Shown piece after piece: positions 45,300-58,600 of a stretch of DNA of 64,000 nt (its first letter is position 1; each line of letters starts with the position of its first letter). The notes under the pieces are model-generated. The model was not told the DNA's origin. It did no database searches and saw only the letters and a list, made by a program, of their open reading frames with translations. The stretch covers positions 26,576 to 90,575 of the forward strand of contig PDTL01000013.1 in assembly GCA_002748835.1 (NCBI GenBank), read 5' to 3'. The position numbers and the translations under genes were made by a program. The DNA comes from Deltaproteobacteria bacterium. GTDB taxonomy: Bacteria; Desulfobacterota; Desulfobacteria; Desulfobacterales; GCA-2748835.

Positions 45300-45384
45300 G
45301 AACGTCTCCCTGCGTCGGATCTGTATACCGGCGGCCATCGGATGGCCGCTGGTTCATTTTGTCAGTTGATAGAAAACGCGTGTC

Positions 45385-46215
45385 GTGTATACTGTATCGT
45401 ATGCTGTGAATAGCAAAGCCTCCGACAGGGGTCAAATGCAAAATGGAGTGTTGTGTTTCATGGTCGTTCAGCAGTTGAAAGTGGTTTCAAAATTTTTGCA
45501 CCATGTGCTGGGCGTACGTCCGTGGGCGTTCGGGCTGCTGCCCGATGCGGATGGTTATGTGCGGATCAGGGACCTCTTAAACGCCCTGCACGAGGAAAGA
45601 AAATGGCGGCATGTGCGGGTGGGGATGCTCAAGGAAGTGTGTATCACACTGCCCAACGCGTCGATTGAGATGACAGAGACCTGCATCCGGGCAACAGACC
45701 GAAACCGGCTTGCTTCCGGTAAAACGGCCGAAAACGTACCAAAACTCCTCTATACCTGTGTACGGGCCAGGGCCCATTTTCATGTGGTGAACAAGGGGCA
45801 TTACCCGGCAGGAGATAGACCGGTCCTGCTGTTTGCCGACCTGGATAAGGCAGTGCGCGTGGGCGAACGAAAAGGACAGAAACCGGTGCTGCTCACGGTT
45901 CAGATGGCTGCGGCGGCTGAAGCAGGCGTGGCGATCACGGCCTTCGGAGACGGGATGTTCACCGCACCCTTTCTGCCCCAGGGCACGTTTACCGCACCGC
46001 CCCTGCCCAAAGCGCGGGCGCACAAGCAGCGTCCAGAAAAAACAAAGAAAACCCCGCCCCTCGCGTCGCCGCCCATGGCCGGCGGTTATCTTCCGGATCC
46101 GGACCGGCTGCGTCATCCGCCCGGGCGCACTGGAAAAAAAGGAAAAGACAAAGGCGGGTGGAAACAGGAGCGAAAACGGGTGCGACGGGAAAAAGAAATG
46201 TACGGGACCGGGTAA
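45385..46215 (+). CDS. Divergent Tpt1/KptA-like (RNA 2'-phosphotransferase fold) protein with Lys/Arg-rich C-terminal tail
   Basis: VSKFLHHVLGVRPWAFGLLPDADGYVRIRDLLNAL and LLYTCVRARAHFHVVNKGHYPAGDRPVLLFADLDKAVRVGERKGQKPVLLTVQ run parallel to KptA (SKFLS.VLRH ... LYHGT ... HYVHLS ... PVILTV), but the catalytic positions differ. The start is uncertain (45385, 45436 or 45460). Confidence 0.45.
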   Translation: MYTVSYAVNSKASDRGQMQNGVLCFMVVQQLKVVSKFLHHVLGVRPWAFGLLPDADGYVRIRDLLNALHEERKWRHVRVGMLKEVCITLPNASIEMTETCIRATDRNRLASGKTAENVPKLLYTCVRARAHFHVVNKGHYPAGDRPVLLFADLDKAVRVGERKGQKPVLLTVQMAAAAEAGVAITAFGDGMFTAPFLPQGTFTAPPLPKARAHKQRPEKTKKTPPLASPPMAGGYLPDPDRLRHPPGRTGKKGKDKGGWKQERKRVRREKEMYGTG

Positions 46216-46253
46216 GTGCCGGCCATCGGGATACGATAAATAAGGAGGATGCA

Positions 46254-46475
46254 ATGAAACAGACAAAACGTCTGGTCGGGGTGATCCTGCTCGGATGCAT
46301 GGTCGTCGGGTGCGGGAAAGACACGGATACCCGGAAAACGGCAGACACGGTGGTCGAGGATGTCACGGGGTATACCACCTACAAACAGGGAGAACGGGTG
46401 AAAGAAAAACTCGAGAACCTGGAACTGCAACAACTGGAACGGATCAAGGCAGCCGATCAGATTGCAGACGAATAA
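46254..46475 (+). CDS. Small lipoprotein (73 aa)
   Basis: AAGGAGG RBS. MKQTKRLVGVILLGCMVVGCGKD carries a lipobox. The track ORF starts upstream at 46158, inside the previous gene. Confidence 0.65.
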   Translation: MKQTKRLVGVILLGCMVVGCGKDTDTRKTADTVVEDVTGYTTYKQGERVKEKLENLELQQLERIKAADQIADE

Positions 46476-46685
46476 CCTGTGGGCAAAAAGTCTCACGTGA
46501 AATTCTCTTGATCTTTTTCGGCTGTAATTGTTAAACTAAAAATAGTATAAATGTACGTAATCATGATACGCAAGGGGGTATCAGTTTTGTCTGTTTTGCC
46601 TGTTATCTGCTTTTACGCGTCGTGCGGGTCGGTATGAAAACACGTCTGCGTCAGTTTTTAACTTCCATAAAGTGAAGGTCTTGTC

Positions 46686-49600
46686 ATGTCAAATACGCGT
46701 GTGAATTTGAGTCGGAGGGCTAGGGGTGTTCAGTCTGCGGTAATGATGGTTTTCATGGCATGGGTGCTCGCTGCGGCGCCGGCTGCACTCGCGGATGTGT
46801 CGATTACGGCCACAAACAGTGCTGCCACCAGTCCCTGCGCTGTGGAGACCTATACGGTGAGCGTCACCAATCCTGCGGATGACGATATGACGGAGATGGT
46901 TATCACGGTTGAGGTTCCCGATAACACGTTTGCCTTTGTCGCGGGTTCCGCAACGATCACTACCCCGCAAAACGGGAATCTGGCAGGAAGTGATGCCAAT
47001 CCGGCGATTTCAGGAAACCAGCTTGTGTGGAATCTGGATGATCCTGCCCTGTTTAACGGGAATGTGGCGGTTGCCAAAAATGAAACCCTTACCCTGACCT
47101 TTGACGTCAGCTACAGTTGCACGTCAACCGGCGGTGCGGTCCTCGTGACGCTGGGCGCAGAGCGTCCGCGCGGACAAGCCATGAGCGAAACCAATACCGT
47201 CAATGTGGATGTCTATCCGGGTGCGGTGACCATTAAAAATTCCCCTGAAATTCAGGATGTCACCCTCGAGTCGCTTCCGGACAACGAGGAACCCACCTGG
47301 CAGGTAACCATCGAAAATACCGGTCTGGGAACTATTTACAATATCGTGGTTCGCGACGTTTTTGGGTCTGGGTTAGCGTATATTGATGGCTCTGCGCAGA
47401 TCGGTTCAACCCCGCTGACCCGGTCTGGTGATGACTGGGATCTGTCTCAATTCTCGGCAGACCCGGACGGTAACGGCACCGGCCTTGCGGACCTGGACGG
47501 GGACGGTGAATATGACGACCTTCCACAGGGCGAAACAATTACGATCACTGATGTGCGGGCAACTATAGTCGGCTGCACAGATCTGACCAGCTCTGCGGAT
47601 ATCCGGTACGGCTGCGACGATACAGCTTCAGGGGTCTGTTATGATTCGGCCACTGCCGGAGAAACCGCGTCAGCCAGTGTGGCGGCGCAAGTGGTGGATC
47701 CGGACATATCGATCGCCTTTGACGCGGCCGGGAAACTGGATAATATCAGTTTCTGTGACGGGGCTGATGATGTTACGCTGGCGATTACCAACGAACCTGA
47801 TGGCGGTCTGGCCCGTTATGTTTCCTATAAGGTGGACAGTTTTCCTGCAGGATGGACGGTCACCGACATAAAACCGGCAGGCGTTACCTGGAACAGCACG
47901 GAAGGCCAGTTTGAAAACATACCGGATATAGAAGGCGGCGAGACCGAAACCATTACTTTTGACCTGATCTGGGAAGGCCCTTCCGGTGATCCCTGTAACG
48001 CAGCCGCTGCCAGTTCCGCTCTGTTGATGACAATTCAGTACACCAATGTCTGCGGAACAGCGTTTACGCCGCCCACACAAAACGACACCCTGTCCATGGA
48101 ATCTGGCCTGGGGCGCCTGACCCTGGAGGCCGCTGCAGACATAGGCACGGACCGGGTGAATGTGGGTCAAACAGGAATTTCCATTGATCTGACAGCGACG
48201 GTGGGGAATATCACCGGCCCCAATGCCGGATTCAGTGGCAACACCAATATCACCTACACCCTGCCGCCTGGCTGGGCGGTAACAAATGCTGCCGGGGGCA
48301 CGGTTTCCGGGAATATCAACACCGGTTTGGTCATTACCTGGCCCCATACCTTCGACAGCGCGAATTCCCTGTTTGCCGAGACCATCACCGTGAATGCAAC
48401 CGAAGATCCCTGTGACGCGGGCAGTTTGGTGAACATGGAACTTGATGTCGATGCCATGAATCCCCTAGATTGCAAGGGGTGCACGTATACCCTGGAAGAG
48501 ACGGTGACAGATTCCGTGTTTGTGAATCTGGATTCTGCAACGAATGATCCGCTGGAAGATTCAAGTAAAACCATTACCTATGACAACCCTTTGAATTCGG
48601 CTGCGGGCGAAGCCTGCCGGCAGGCCATTTACACGGTGACCTATAATTTTTCGGCAAATGCGCCGGATACGTGGGCGAATATTGTTCTGACAGAAGAACT
48701 GATTCTTGATCAGACATTTGCAGAACTTGTCAGTGTGACCTATAACAGTGCAGACTATACGTCGTCTGTCGCCACATCCACTTCGGGTACGTCTGTCGAA
48801 TTTGATCTTTCCGGTCTTGAGGGCAGCGCACCGGCCCCCAGTGCCGGTCATGTGCTGGCGGTTCAATTCAAGACAGACAGTGTCAGCAACAGCGTGGGGG
48901 CCGGCGTCCAGTTTTCCCACCTGACGCTTCCGGGTGTTCCCTCTGACTGCAGTTCAGACGATGATTACGAAGAAGGCGTGCCGGTCAGTTTTGGCCGTCA
49001 GACCATGGACATTGCCCTTTCTGGTCCGGATCTGGTTGGACGCTGTGATGTTAAAACCTATCGGATCACGCTGACCAAAAACGATGACTATTACGCCTAT
49101 GATCCGGTGGTGACCCTGAATCTGGATCCGGATGGGGACGGCGAAAGAAACTATGGTTATCTGCCAAACTCGGCCAATCTGGACGGATTTACGGATGAAG
49201 GCGGAAGCCCGGTAACCAACTTTGAACCCACGGTTTCAGGCAATACCCTGGTGTGGGATTTTTCAATTCAGGGGGGGACCGGTGTTGATTATGAGTCAGT
49301 GGACTATATCGAAGTCGATTTGCGGTTGGGCTGCACCGCAGCGGCTGCGGATGGTCTGGAGGCAGACGTTGCTTACAATACCTGGTGTGATAATGATGTC
49401 AAGCCGCCAGTAGAAAGCGATTCTGCCACCTATGCCCCGGATGCCTCATACATCATCGGGCCTGCGTTGACGGTTTATCAGACGCCGGAGAAGTATTATG
49501 CCGAGGCTGGCACGGCTGCATGGGATCTGTATATCACCAATACCGGCAGCGGTGTTGCCTACAACGTGGTGTTGCAGGATGAACTCGGAGGCGATCTGGC

Positions 49601-52600
49601 CTATGCGTCATCCACCTGTAACGGGACGAATCTGGCTGTGGAAACTTCCGGGCAGACCGTGACATGGCGGTTCCAGCTGACCGCAGATCCGGACGGGCCA
49701 GGCGGCCTTGATGACCTTGACGGTGATGGATTTTATGATGACCTGGCACCGGGAAAATCCGCCAAGGTGTCCGCCGTCTTTTCCATTGTCGAGAACGGGT
49801 GCACGGAGATGACCAGCACGATCACCGGGCACAGCAGTTGTGATGTGACGGCGGCAAACCCGCAGACCGCCACATGGAACGGCATAGAATATTGTGACGA
49901 CTCAACGCCGGACACGGCCGAGGCCTTTGTCCGGAGCACGCAGGTGGTGACCGCCAATCAGTTTGCCGGCCCCATGCCCCTGTGCGGATCTCAAACCGCA
50001 TCCTTTATTCTCAAGAATACAGGGCTGGCAACGATCTACGATGTGGATGTCAAGCAGGCCCTCCCTGCCGGCATCAGCTTCCAGAACAGTTCAGCGCTTT
50101 ACGATCTTGATCTTGATGGTGACGGAACGTATGAAACGCAGAACCAACCCCTCGTCGATCCGCCGGAAGGAATCGGAACTGCGGCTGATCCGTACATCTG
50201 GGATGAAGGCGAGATTTCGGCGCTGGCCGCGTTGGCACCCAAGGCGTCCGTTAAAATCCATTTTACGGTCGAATCCACCTGTGGCGCCAGTGGCACCAGT
50301 CTTAATTTTGCGAGCAGTGCTGACTGGGAAACCGCCTGCGGAAGCGGGATTTCATCGACCGCGAAAATCGTCCGGATGGAACTGGCGGACATGGATGTCG
50401 GCGTGACGACGGAAGTCAGAAATGTCACAGCGGGTACGCCATTCACCTCAAATGAGTTCGGCGCAGACCCTGGCGACATGGTGGAGTATCGCCTTACCCT
50501 GACCAACCAGAGCGACGGAACACTCACCGCCGAGAATGTGCGTCTTGCGTGCACCCTGCCTGAGAACGCCATTACAGGGACAGTGACTTCAGCCAACCCG
50601 ACGCCGACAAGTACGAGTCCGCTGTATTGGGATGTGGGGGATCTGACGTCAGGCGCAACCACTCAGTTTACCTTTCAGGTACAAGTCGATGCCTGCGTAG
50701 ATGATGATCTTGAATCCGTGGTTACGTTTGGCTGTAATACCCCCCAATGCGAAGCCGGCAGCAATACAGAGGCCATGACGCTGCATGCAACGCCGGATGT
50801 CTCTACGGATGGTTCGATCACCGTCACGGGCGCGAATTTTACCACGGCCGGCGGGGATGTGACCATTGTGATAGACAATGCCGGCAGTACGGCGTCCAAT
50901 CTGAATCTGAGTTATACTCTGCCGGATGGGTATGTGTATGATCCATCAAACGGGGGCGCCACCATCACCAGCTCCCTGGGAGTGAGTTATGCCGGAGACG
51001 ATGAACCTGCGGATCCGAATGCGGACCCGCTTGTCTTTTCCGGGCTGAATAGTCATACCCTGTCTAACGCCGAAACCCTGACCATCCAGTTCCACGTCAA
51101 GGGCGACGGTAGTGGCTGGGATACAACCGCAGCGAACGACGCAACCGATCCGCTGGATATTGCAACCATTCCGGATACCGTTAACCATTCGGCCGTGTTT
51201 TCGTTTGATAATTCCTGCGGTGATTCGGATAGCGCAACAGCCAACGAAACCATCAATCCGTTGAATCCGGATATTGATATTACCCTGACCGAGGTAAAAC
51301 AGGTTGTGGGCGAAGGTGGCACCGCCACCTGGGTCCTGACCCTGACCAACAAGGGGGATGCCCCGGCATCGAATATTGTGCTGACCAATCTTATCGAATC
51401 CGGACTGACCAACGCGACCGTCACATCGGGTCAGGCCCCGGATTCAGGAACCACCGCCGCCAACGGCACGTGGACAATTCCCGGCCCCATTCCTCCCGGC
51501 GGCACCTGGACGGTAACTATCACTGCGGAGGTGGATACGCCGCCAAGCGGCCCCCTGACCCATACTGCCACAGTGGAAGGGTTTGCAAAGGATGCCGCAG
51601 GCACCACCATCGGCACCTACACCCATGATGAAGCCAAGGCCTATGTGGTCTGTTTCGATATGGACAAAACGGTGGATAAATCAACCGCCAATGTGGGGGA
51701 ACTGCTCACCTATGATCTGACCGCGACGTTCAGTAATACCGAAACATATCAGGATGTGGTGCTCAAAGATGTCCTGCCCGCCCATATGACCTATGTGGGT
51801 GTGACACCCCAGACAGATCATACGGTGGCAGACGGCGGTGTTACGGTCAGCGGCCAGACACTGACATGGTCGCCGGCGTCGTTTACCGGCAGACAGGTGT
51901 TTCATATGAAGGTGACCGCCCGGATTGACAATGATCCGGCAAATACCGGTGCGCCGACGCAGACCACGCTGACAAACACATTTGAAGCCGACTTTGATGT
52001 GGATTTCAACGGAGACATCGTTGAAATAAATCCGGATAATCCGGATGACAAGGCGCGGGTTACTGCGGACACCCTTGTGACAGAACCCAAACTCACCCTG
52101 ACCAAAACCATGACACCGTCTCTGGCGGATGCCGGGGATACCATCACCCTTACCCTGACTGTTGCCAACACCGGTGACGGCACGGCGTATAACGTCGATG
52201 TTTCGGATTACCTGAACGATACGGATGGGGACGGCAATGTATCGTCGGATCCGGATGATAAGGTCATCTTTGTTTTAAACTCTGCCACAGCGGTGACAAC
52301 ACCGCCGGGCTGGACGTTCGCTGACTCCGGCAGTGCGGCTGAGAACTATGCCGTGACCTATACCAGTAACGGAGGTAGCGAAGGCTATATACAGGCAGGC
52401 CAGACCCGCACGTTTGTGTTTACAGCAACCTTGGAATCATCCATTGTTGCCGGTACCACCTATACAAATACGGGGCGCACGGATGGGCATTCGCTCTCAG
52501 ATGGGGATGCTGAACATGACAACCCGGATTTTGACCGGATTCCCACAGACGACGGAACCGCTGATATTACCGTTGCCGCGCCGGGTATCCAGACCAAACT

Positions 52601-55600
52601 CCTGACGAAAACATCAGAAGATCACACGGACCCGGGCGACAGCAATCTTGCTGCAAATCCGCCCCTGGCCATTGGTGAAGTGGTCTCTGTGAAGCTCTAT
52701 TTTTCCTTTCCCGAAGGGTATACCGAAAATGTACTGCTCCGGGATCGCCTGCACAACCTGCTCACCGTTCCATGGGGTGAGTACGTTCCCGGATCCGCCC
52801 GGTTGTCAAAAAATTCGGATGACCTTACCTGCGCTAACGACCCGGGAGGGATCAATAGCGCGGCCACAGGCACCCCGGTGAATGTCAGCGTTAACACAAC
52901 TGCCGATGATACCTATGCGTATATCGATTTAAACCTGGGAACGGTCACCAATGCCAATACCGCGACGGGTGTTACGGAAAGCTTTACCTTCACCTTTGAT
53001 GTGGTGGTCCGCAATGTGGATGTGACCAATGCCGGCGCACAGCTGGTGGATGAAGGACTGATCCGTTACACGCCGGACGGCGGCGCCGATATCTGGGTGC
53101 CAACGGCTCCGGTAACCGCCCATGTGGCAGAGCCCGTCTTGTTCGTTGCCCTGGATGCGTCTCCAGGTGCGGCGGATGGTGGGGAGACGGTCACGTTTAC
53201 CCTCCGCCTGGAGAACCGCGCCAGCGGTGTGAATGGAACCGACGCCTTTAATCTTGAATTTTCCGATCTGCTGCCGGCGGACTTTACCAATCCCGATAAT
53301 TTTACTGTGGTAAGCAACGGCGGCGGCCGGACGCTCACCCCGTGCACAGGGGGAAATTATTTTAACGGAAACCAGCTCTGCGGGACCATTGATCAGCTGG
53401 GACCCGGAGAATATATTGACGTAACTTTTACGGCCGACCTTATTGATGAGGCGGCATATGGGAAAATCATTACCACCGAGGCCACCCTCACCGGGACGTC
53501 TTTGCCGGGTGAACAGGGAACAGGTGACGCGACACCGGGTGCTTCCGGTGCTGAAAATGGTGAGCGTACCGGAAGCGGCGTCAATGCCAATGACCTGTCT
53601 GTATCCGATCCAGCGGTTGTGTCTGTGTCAAAACCTTACATCAGCAAAAAACTGGTGCCGGAAAACCTCTGGTTCGCGATTGGTGAAACCGCATCCTATG
53701 TGGTGACGGTGCCGGTGCCGAAAGGGTCGGCAACCTCTTTTGTGGTCACTGACACACTGTCAGCCGGGCTGTCCTTTGTGCCCGGCACCCTGAGTGTCGT
53801 CCTGCCAGGAGGCATGACGGCATCAACGACGCCTCTGACAGAAGGTAACGCGGCGTTCTTTACCGCTTCAGGAAGTGACTTGACCTTTGACTTTGGTACG
53901 CTCACGGCGTCAGCTGCCGATGATATCGTGATCACCTATGATGTGAATGTGGATAATGTGATCGAAAATCAGGATGGCGATTTTCTGGATAATGCCGTCA
54001 AACTCACCTACACCGATCCGTCAGGCGGCAGTTTTACTGTGGGGCCGACGGTGAGTGTGCCGCGGCTGCGGGTGGGTGAACCAAACCTTGAAGTGGAAAA
54101 GACAATTACCGCAGGTGCCGTGGGATCAAATGGCGGTGACACCGTGTCGTGGCAGGTGGTGGTGCAAAATACGGGACACACCACTGCATACCAGATGAAC
54201 TGGTCCGATGTGCTGCCGGCCGGTCTCTATCAGATTTCGGGACAGGCGCTTTCCGTGATCGGAGACGTGTTTTTAAATGACACCAGCACGTCGCTGAATA
54301 CCTCGCATCTGGCGGTATCCACAACCACCAACCTAGAGGACACGATTTCCCTGCCCCTGTTCCAGATGGCGGCAGGCAGTGAGGTGACCATCACCTTTGA
54401 CGCGGTGATCATGAATTCGGTGACGGGTGGTGAAACCCTGACCAATGCGACCCGGGTGAATTATACCAGTCAGCCGGATGGCGGCCGCGATAATTCTACG
54501 AATCCAGGCAATGTGGACGATGATGACGATACGGACCTGAACAACTATGAAGAAGGCGACGCTGCATCGTTTACGACCGGTCAGAACATTGCCATTGACA
54601 AGATGGTGCTGGGAGACCGGGATATCCCCGTGGGCGGTCTGGCGGTGTTCCGGATCCGGGTCAGCCTGGACCAGGGAACCACAAACGCACTAAAAGTGAT
54701 AGATAAGCTGCCGGACGGTCTGGCCTATGTAAGTAATACCATCACGCCGGGTACCATGGGCATGGTGATCCAGAATACCGGATATACGACGCCAACGGTC
54801 AGCGGGCAGACCGTGACATTTGATTTCGGAGATGTCACCAATCCCGCTGATGGATCTGCGGACAACGATTATCTGGATATTGATCTGTCTGTCAGGGTGA
54901 AGAATATTCCCACAAACCAGCAGGACGTGGAGCTGAAGAACGGTGATGATTCACAATCCTCCGAAACCTGGCTGGAATATGGTCCCACCGCCGACACGGT
55001 CTATGTGGATACGGACCCCGGTACGCCGGGTCATCAGGGTGTCAGTGTCGCTGTGGTGGAACCGAACCTGGTCATCACCAAAACTGCTGCGCCAGTGACG
55101 CCTGCTGTGGGCGCCACCGTGACCTTTACCATACGGGTGGAACACACGGACAGTGCGGCAGACGCCTTTGACGTGACCGTAACTGATACGCTTCCGGCGG
55201 GTCTGACCTATGTCATGGGTTCCACGACGCCGCCTGCAACGGCAGATGAAACGGATCCTACCCGTCCGGTCTTTTCGTTGAATACCATTACCCAGACAGA
55301 AGGATTCAAGGAATTTTCATTTCAGGTGACCGTGGATCCAGGTGCGGCGTCCGGACAAACCCTGACCAATACGGCCAGAGTTGACTGGAGCAGCATCACC
55401 GGTGCAGACGGCACCACTGACAGCGGCCGGAACGGTGACAACTGTCCGGGGCCGACCGGATTGAATGATTATTGCGATACCGATACCGCAGATGTCACCC
55501 CCACTATGTCTGCGATAATCGATGCGACGAAAACCGTTGCCATTGCCGTTGACGCCGACGCCGACGGTGAAGTGGATCCGGGGGACACCCTCGCGTACAC

Positions 55601-58600
55601 GATTACGCTGGTTAATGACGGCCCGGCAGTGAACGGGGTGGTGTTCACAGATACGATTCCAGAACATACCGCCTATGATCCGGGTTCGCTCACCACAACC
55701 CGGGGCACGGCAGATGATTCCGGAAACCCGGATCTGTCCGTTTCTGTGGGCGCAATGGGAACGGGTGAAACGGTGACCATCACCTTCCGGGTTATTGTGG
55801 CTAACGGCACGCCGGAAGGCACCGTCATCCGCAATCAGGGCAGTGTGGACAGTGACGATACGGTACCCGAACCCACGGACGCAGACGGGGATGACACCAA
55901 CGGTGATCAGCCCACGGATATTCCGGTGGGCGGCACGCCCGCCGGCGCAGATCTGTATGCGTGGAAAATCGTGGAGTTGACAACCGATGCAGACGCATCG
56001 GGTACGATCACCCCAGGCGACACCCTGCGCTACTGGATTCAGCTGCAGAACACCGGAGATACGGAACTGAGTGGTGTGAGCCTCTCTGACACCATTCCGG
56101 CAGGGCTGACCTATGTGGCAGGCTCTGAAGAGACCAGCGATCCGTCAAGCACGCTGACCATTACGGGCGATGCGGTTTCGCTGACAAACATGACCCTTCC
56201 TGTGGGCGCATCCGGCGTTATCTGGTTTGATGTGACCGTGGACGGTCCGCCCTTGTATAACACGGATGCGGATCCCGACACGGAAACCTTCGTGAACCAG
56301 GGAACCGCAAACAGCGATCAAACCGATCCGGTCCTGACAGACGCCAACGGCGATCCGTCAGACGGGACCCAGCCCACAACCTTCACGGCTGTGGATGGCT
56401 CGGCAGCCGGATCTCCGGAAATCGACCTCCAGAAACGCTGGAGTCTTTCCAGTGATGTAAACGGAAATGGGGTCGTCAATCCCGGGGACAGCATTGCCTA
56501 TACACTGACCCTCACCAATACAGGGTCTGCGGATGCACAGAACGTGCGTCTTTCCGATCCTGTTCCGGTAAACACCACCATGGTCCCGGGATCAGTGACC
56601 ACCAGCTGCGGTGTGGTAATCGGTGAAAATCCGGTGTCCGTGAATGTGGGGACCCTGGCGCCAGGCAAGGTGGTGAATATCAGCTTCCGGGTGACCGTGA
56701 ACAGCGGCACACCGGGTGGTACCCTGATCGCCAACCAGGCCACAGCCACGGGCGATAACTTTGGCGATACGAAGAGTGACGACAATGGAGATGAAACCGA
56801 CGGCCGCAACCCGACCCTGACGCCGGTGGAAGATCCTGGTACGACCGGGGTGACCTCACCATCCGCTCTGACCAAATTGCTCCATGCCACGTCGGAATCC
56901 GGCAGCCTTGCTGCGAATGTACTCATCGGCGAGATCGTGACCTATCGGGTCTCCGTGACCCTGGCCAAAGGCACCACCCGTCACGCGACCCTGTCAGACA
57001 CCCTGCCGGCAGGCCTGTCCTATCGTGCCGGTACCGCCCGGCTGGCTGCCGTATATGATACGGCCCTGAACCTGTCCGAGAATCCGGGGAACATTAATGC
57101 GGCAGCATCCGGGGCCTTTGTCAACCTGACAGACGGCAGTGACATCACCCGTTCCGGGCAGACCCTGTCTGTTTTTCTCGGGGATGTCCTCAACTCGGAC
57201 AATGATACCAACGCGGAAACCCTGACCCTGGAATTCCAGGCCCTGGTCACCAATGTGAACGGTAATCAGGCCGGCGAAAGCCTGACGGACACGGCCAATC
57301 TCAGTTACCGGGATGCCTTGAATCAGGACCGCAACCTGATCCCTCAAACCCACACGGTCACCGTGACCGAGCCAATGATGGCGGTTTCAAAAACAGCGGC
57401 CCAGGCGGCATTGATGCCAAGCGGTGGAGATATCACCTATACCCTGGTCATTACAAACACCGCTGGTGCCCATTCGGCGACCGGTTATGATGTGATGATC
57501 GAAGATACCCTGGACCCGGCGTTTACCGCCCTGACTGTGGACAGCATGACGCCGGCAGGTGGTGTCTCGGGTGTGACGGATACGACAGCCGGAACCACCC
57601 TGACGGTCTCGGCGGCGGTGTTCCCGGTGGGAGGCACTCTGACCATCGTTTACACCGGTACGATTCCCGGTCCGCTGACCACAGGCGACACCTTTGCCAA
57701 TACGGCCCGCCTGAACTGGACCTCCCTGCCTGGAGAGCAGGGAACCGGCGATGTAACACCGGGTGCAACCGGTGCGGCAGATGGCGAGCGAAACGGCACG
57801 GGCGGCGTAAACGACTATGCGGATCAGGATGCGGTGACCGTGGCCGTGGACACCCTTGTATTTGAAAAATCAGTCAACCCGACCGGTACGCTTCCAGTGG
57901 GCTCGACGGTGACCTATACCCTTGTGGTCACCTTGCCGGCGTGGAACGTGCCGATTAATGATTCACTGATTACCGATGTGCTGGATCCGGGACTGGACTA
58001 TGTTCCCGGCACATTGCTCGTGACCCCGTCCGGTGCGGCTGGTGAGGTGACCTATTCCGCAGATCCGGACTTTACGGTCACAGAAGACAGTCCGGCAGCC
58101 GGTGACGAGACCCTGACCCTGAACCTGGGTGCGGTCACCAATACCGCCGCTGATATCCGGACCCTCACCCTCACCTATGCGGTGCGGGTGGCAAATAGCC
58201 TTGTCAACCAGTCCGGTCATGACCTGAGCAATGCGGCCACCTTTACTGGTCAGCCGGAAGGCGGATCGCTGGTAACCTTGACGGACGCTACCACGGTTAC
58301 GGTGGGGGAACCACTGTTGACCCTGACAAAGGAGATTACCAGTAACACCACAGACCTTGAGGCGGGAGACCGCATTGATTATCGTGTGACCACAGGAAAT
58401 ACCGGGGTCACAACAGCCTATGAAACTGTGCTCACCGATACCCTGCCCACCAGCCTGACCGATGTGCAGGTTGCAAATGTCACCGTAACCGGTGGCGGGG
58501 AAACACCCAGTGTCACCCCAGGTATGGGCGGCTGGACGACCAGCGCCTTTGATCTGCCGCCGGGCGGTCAGGTGGTGATCACCTTTTCAGCAGCACTGGC

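Noticed and set aside
44076-45413. 445-aa plus-strand ORF
   Set aside because: It is the antisense shadow of hemL, which has clear aminomutase motifs on the minus strand. The Gly/Arg/His-rich composition is typical of GC-rich antisense frames. The same reasoning rejects 19648..20529, 21150..21887, 30369..31031, 32034..32864, 32719..33630, 36286..36972, 38002..38607, 39316..39900, 42853..43545 and 45577..46266.
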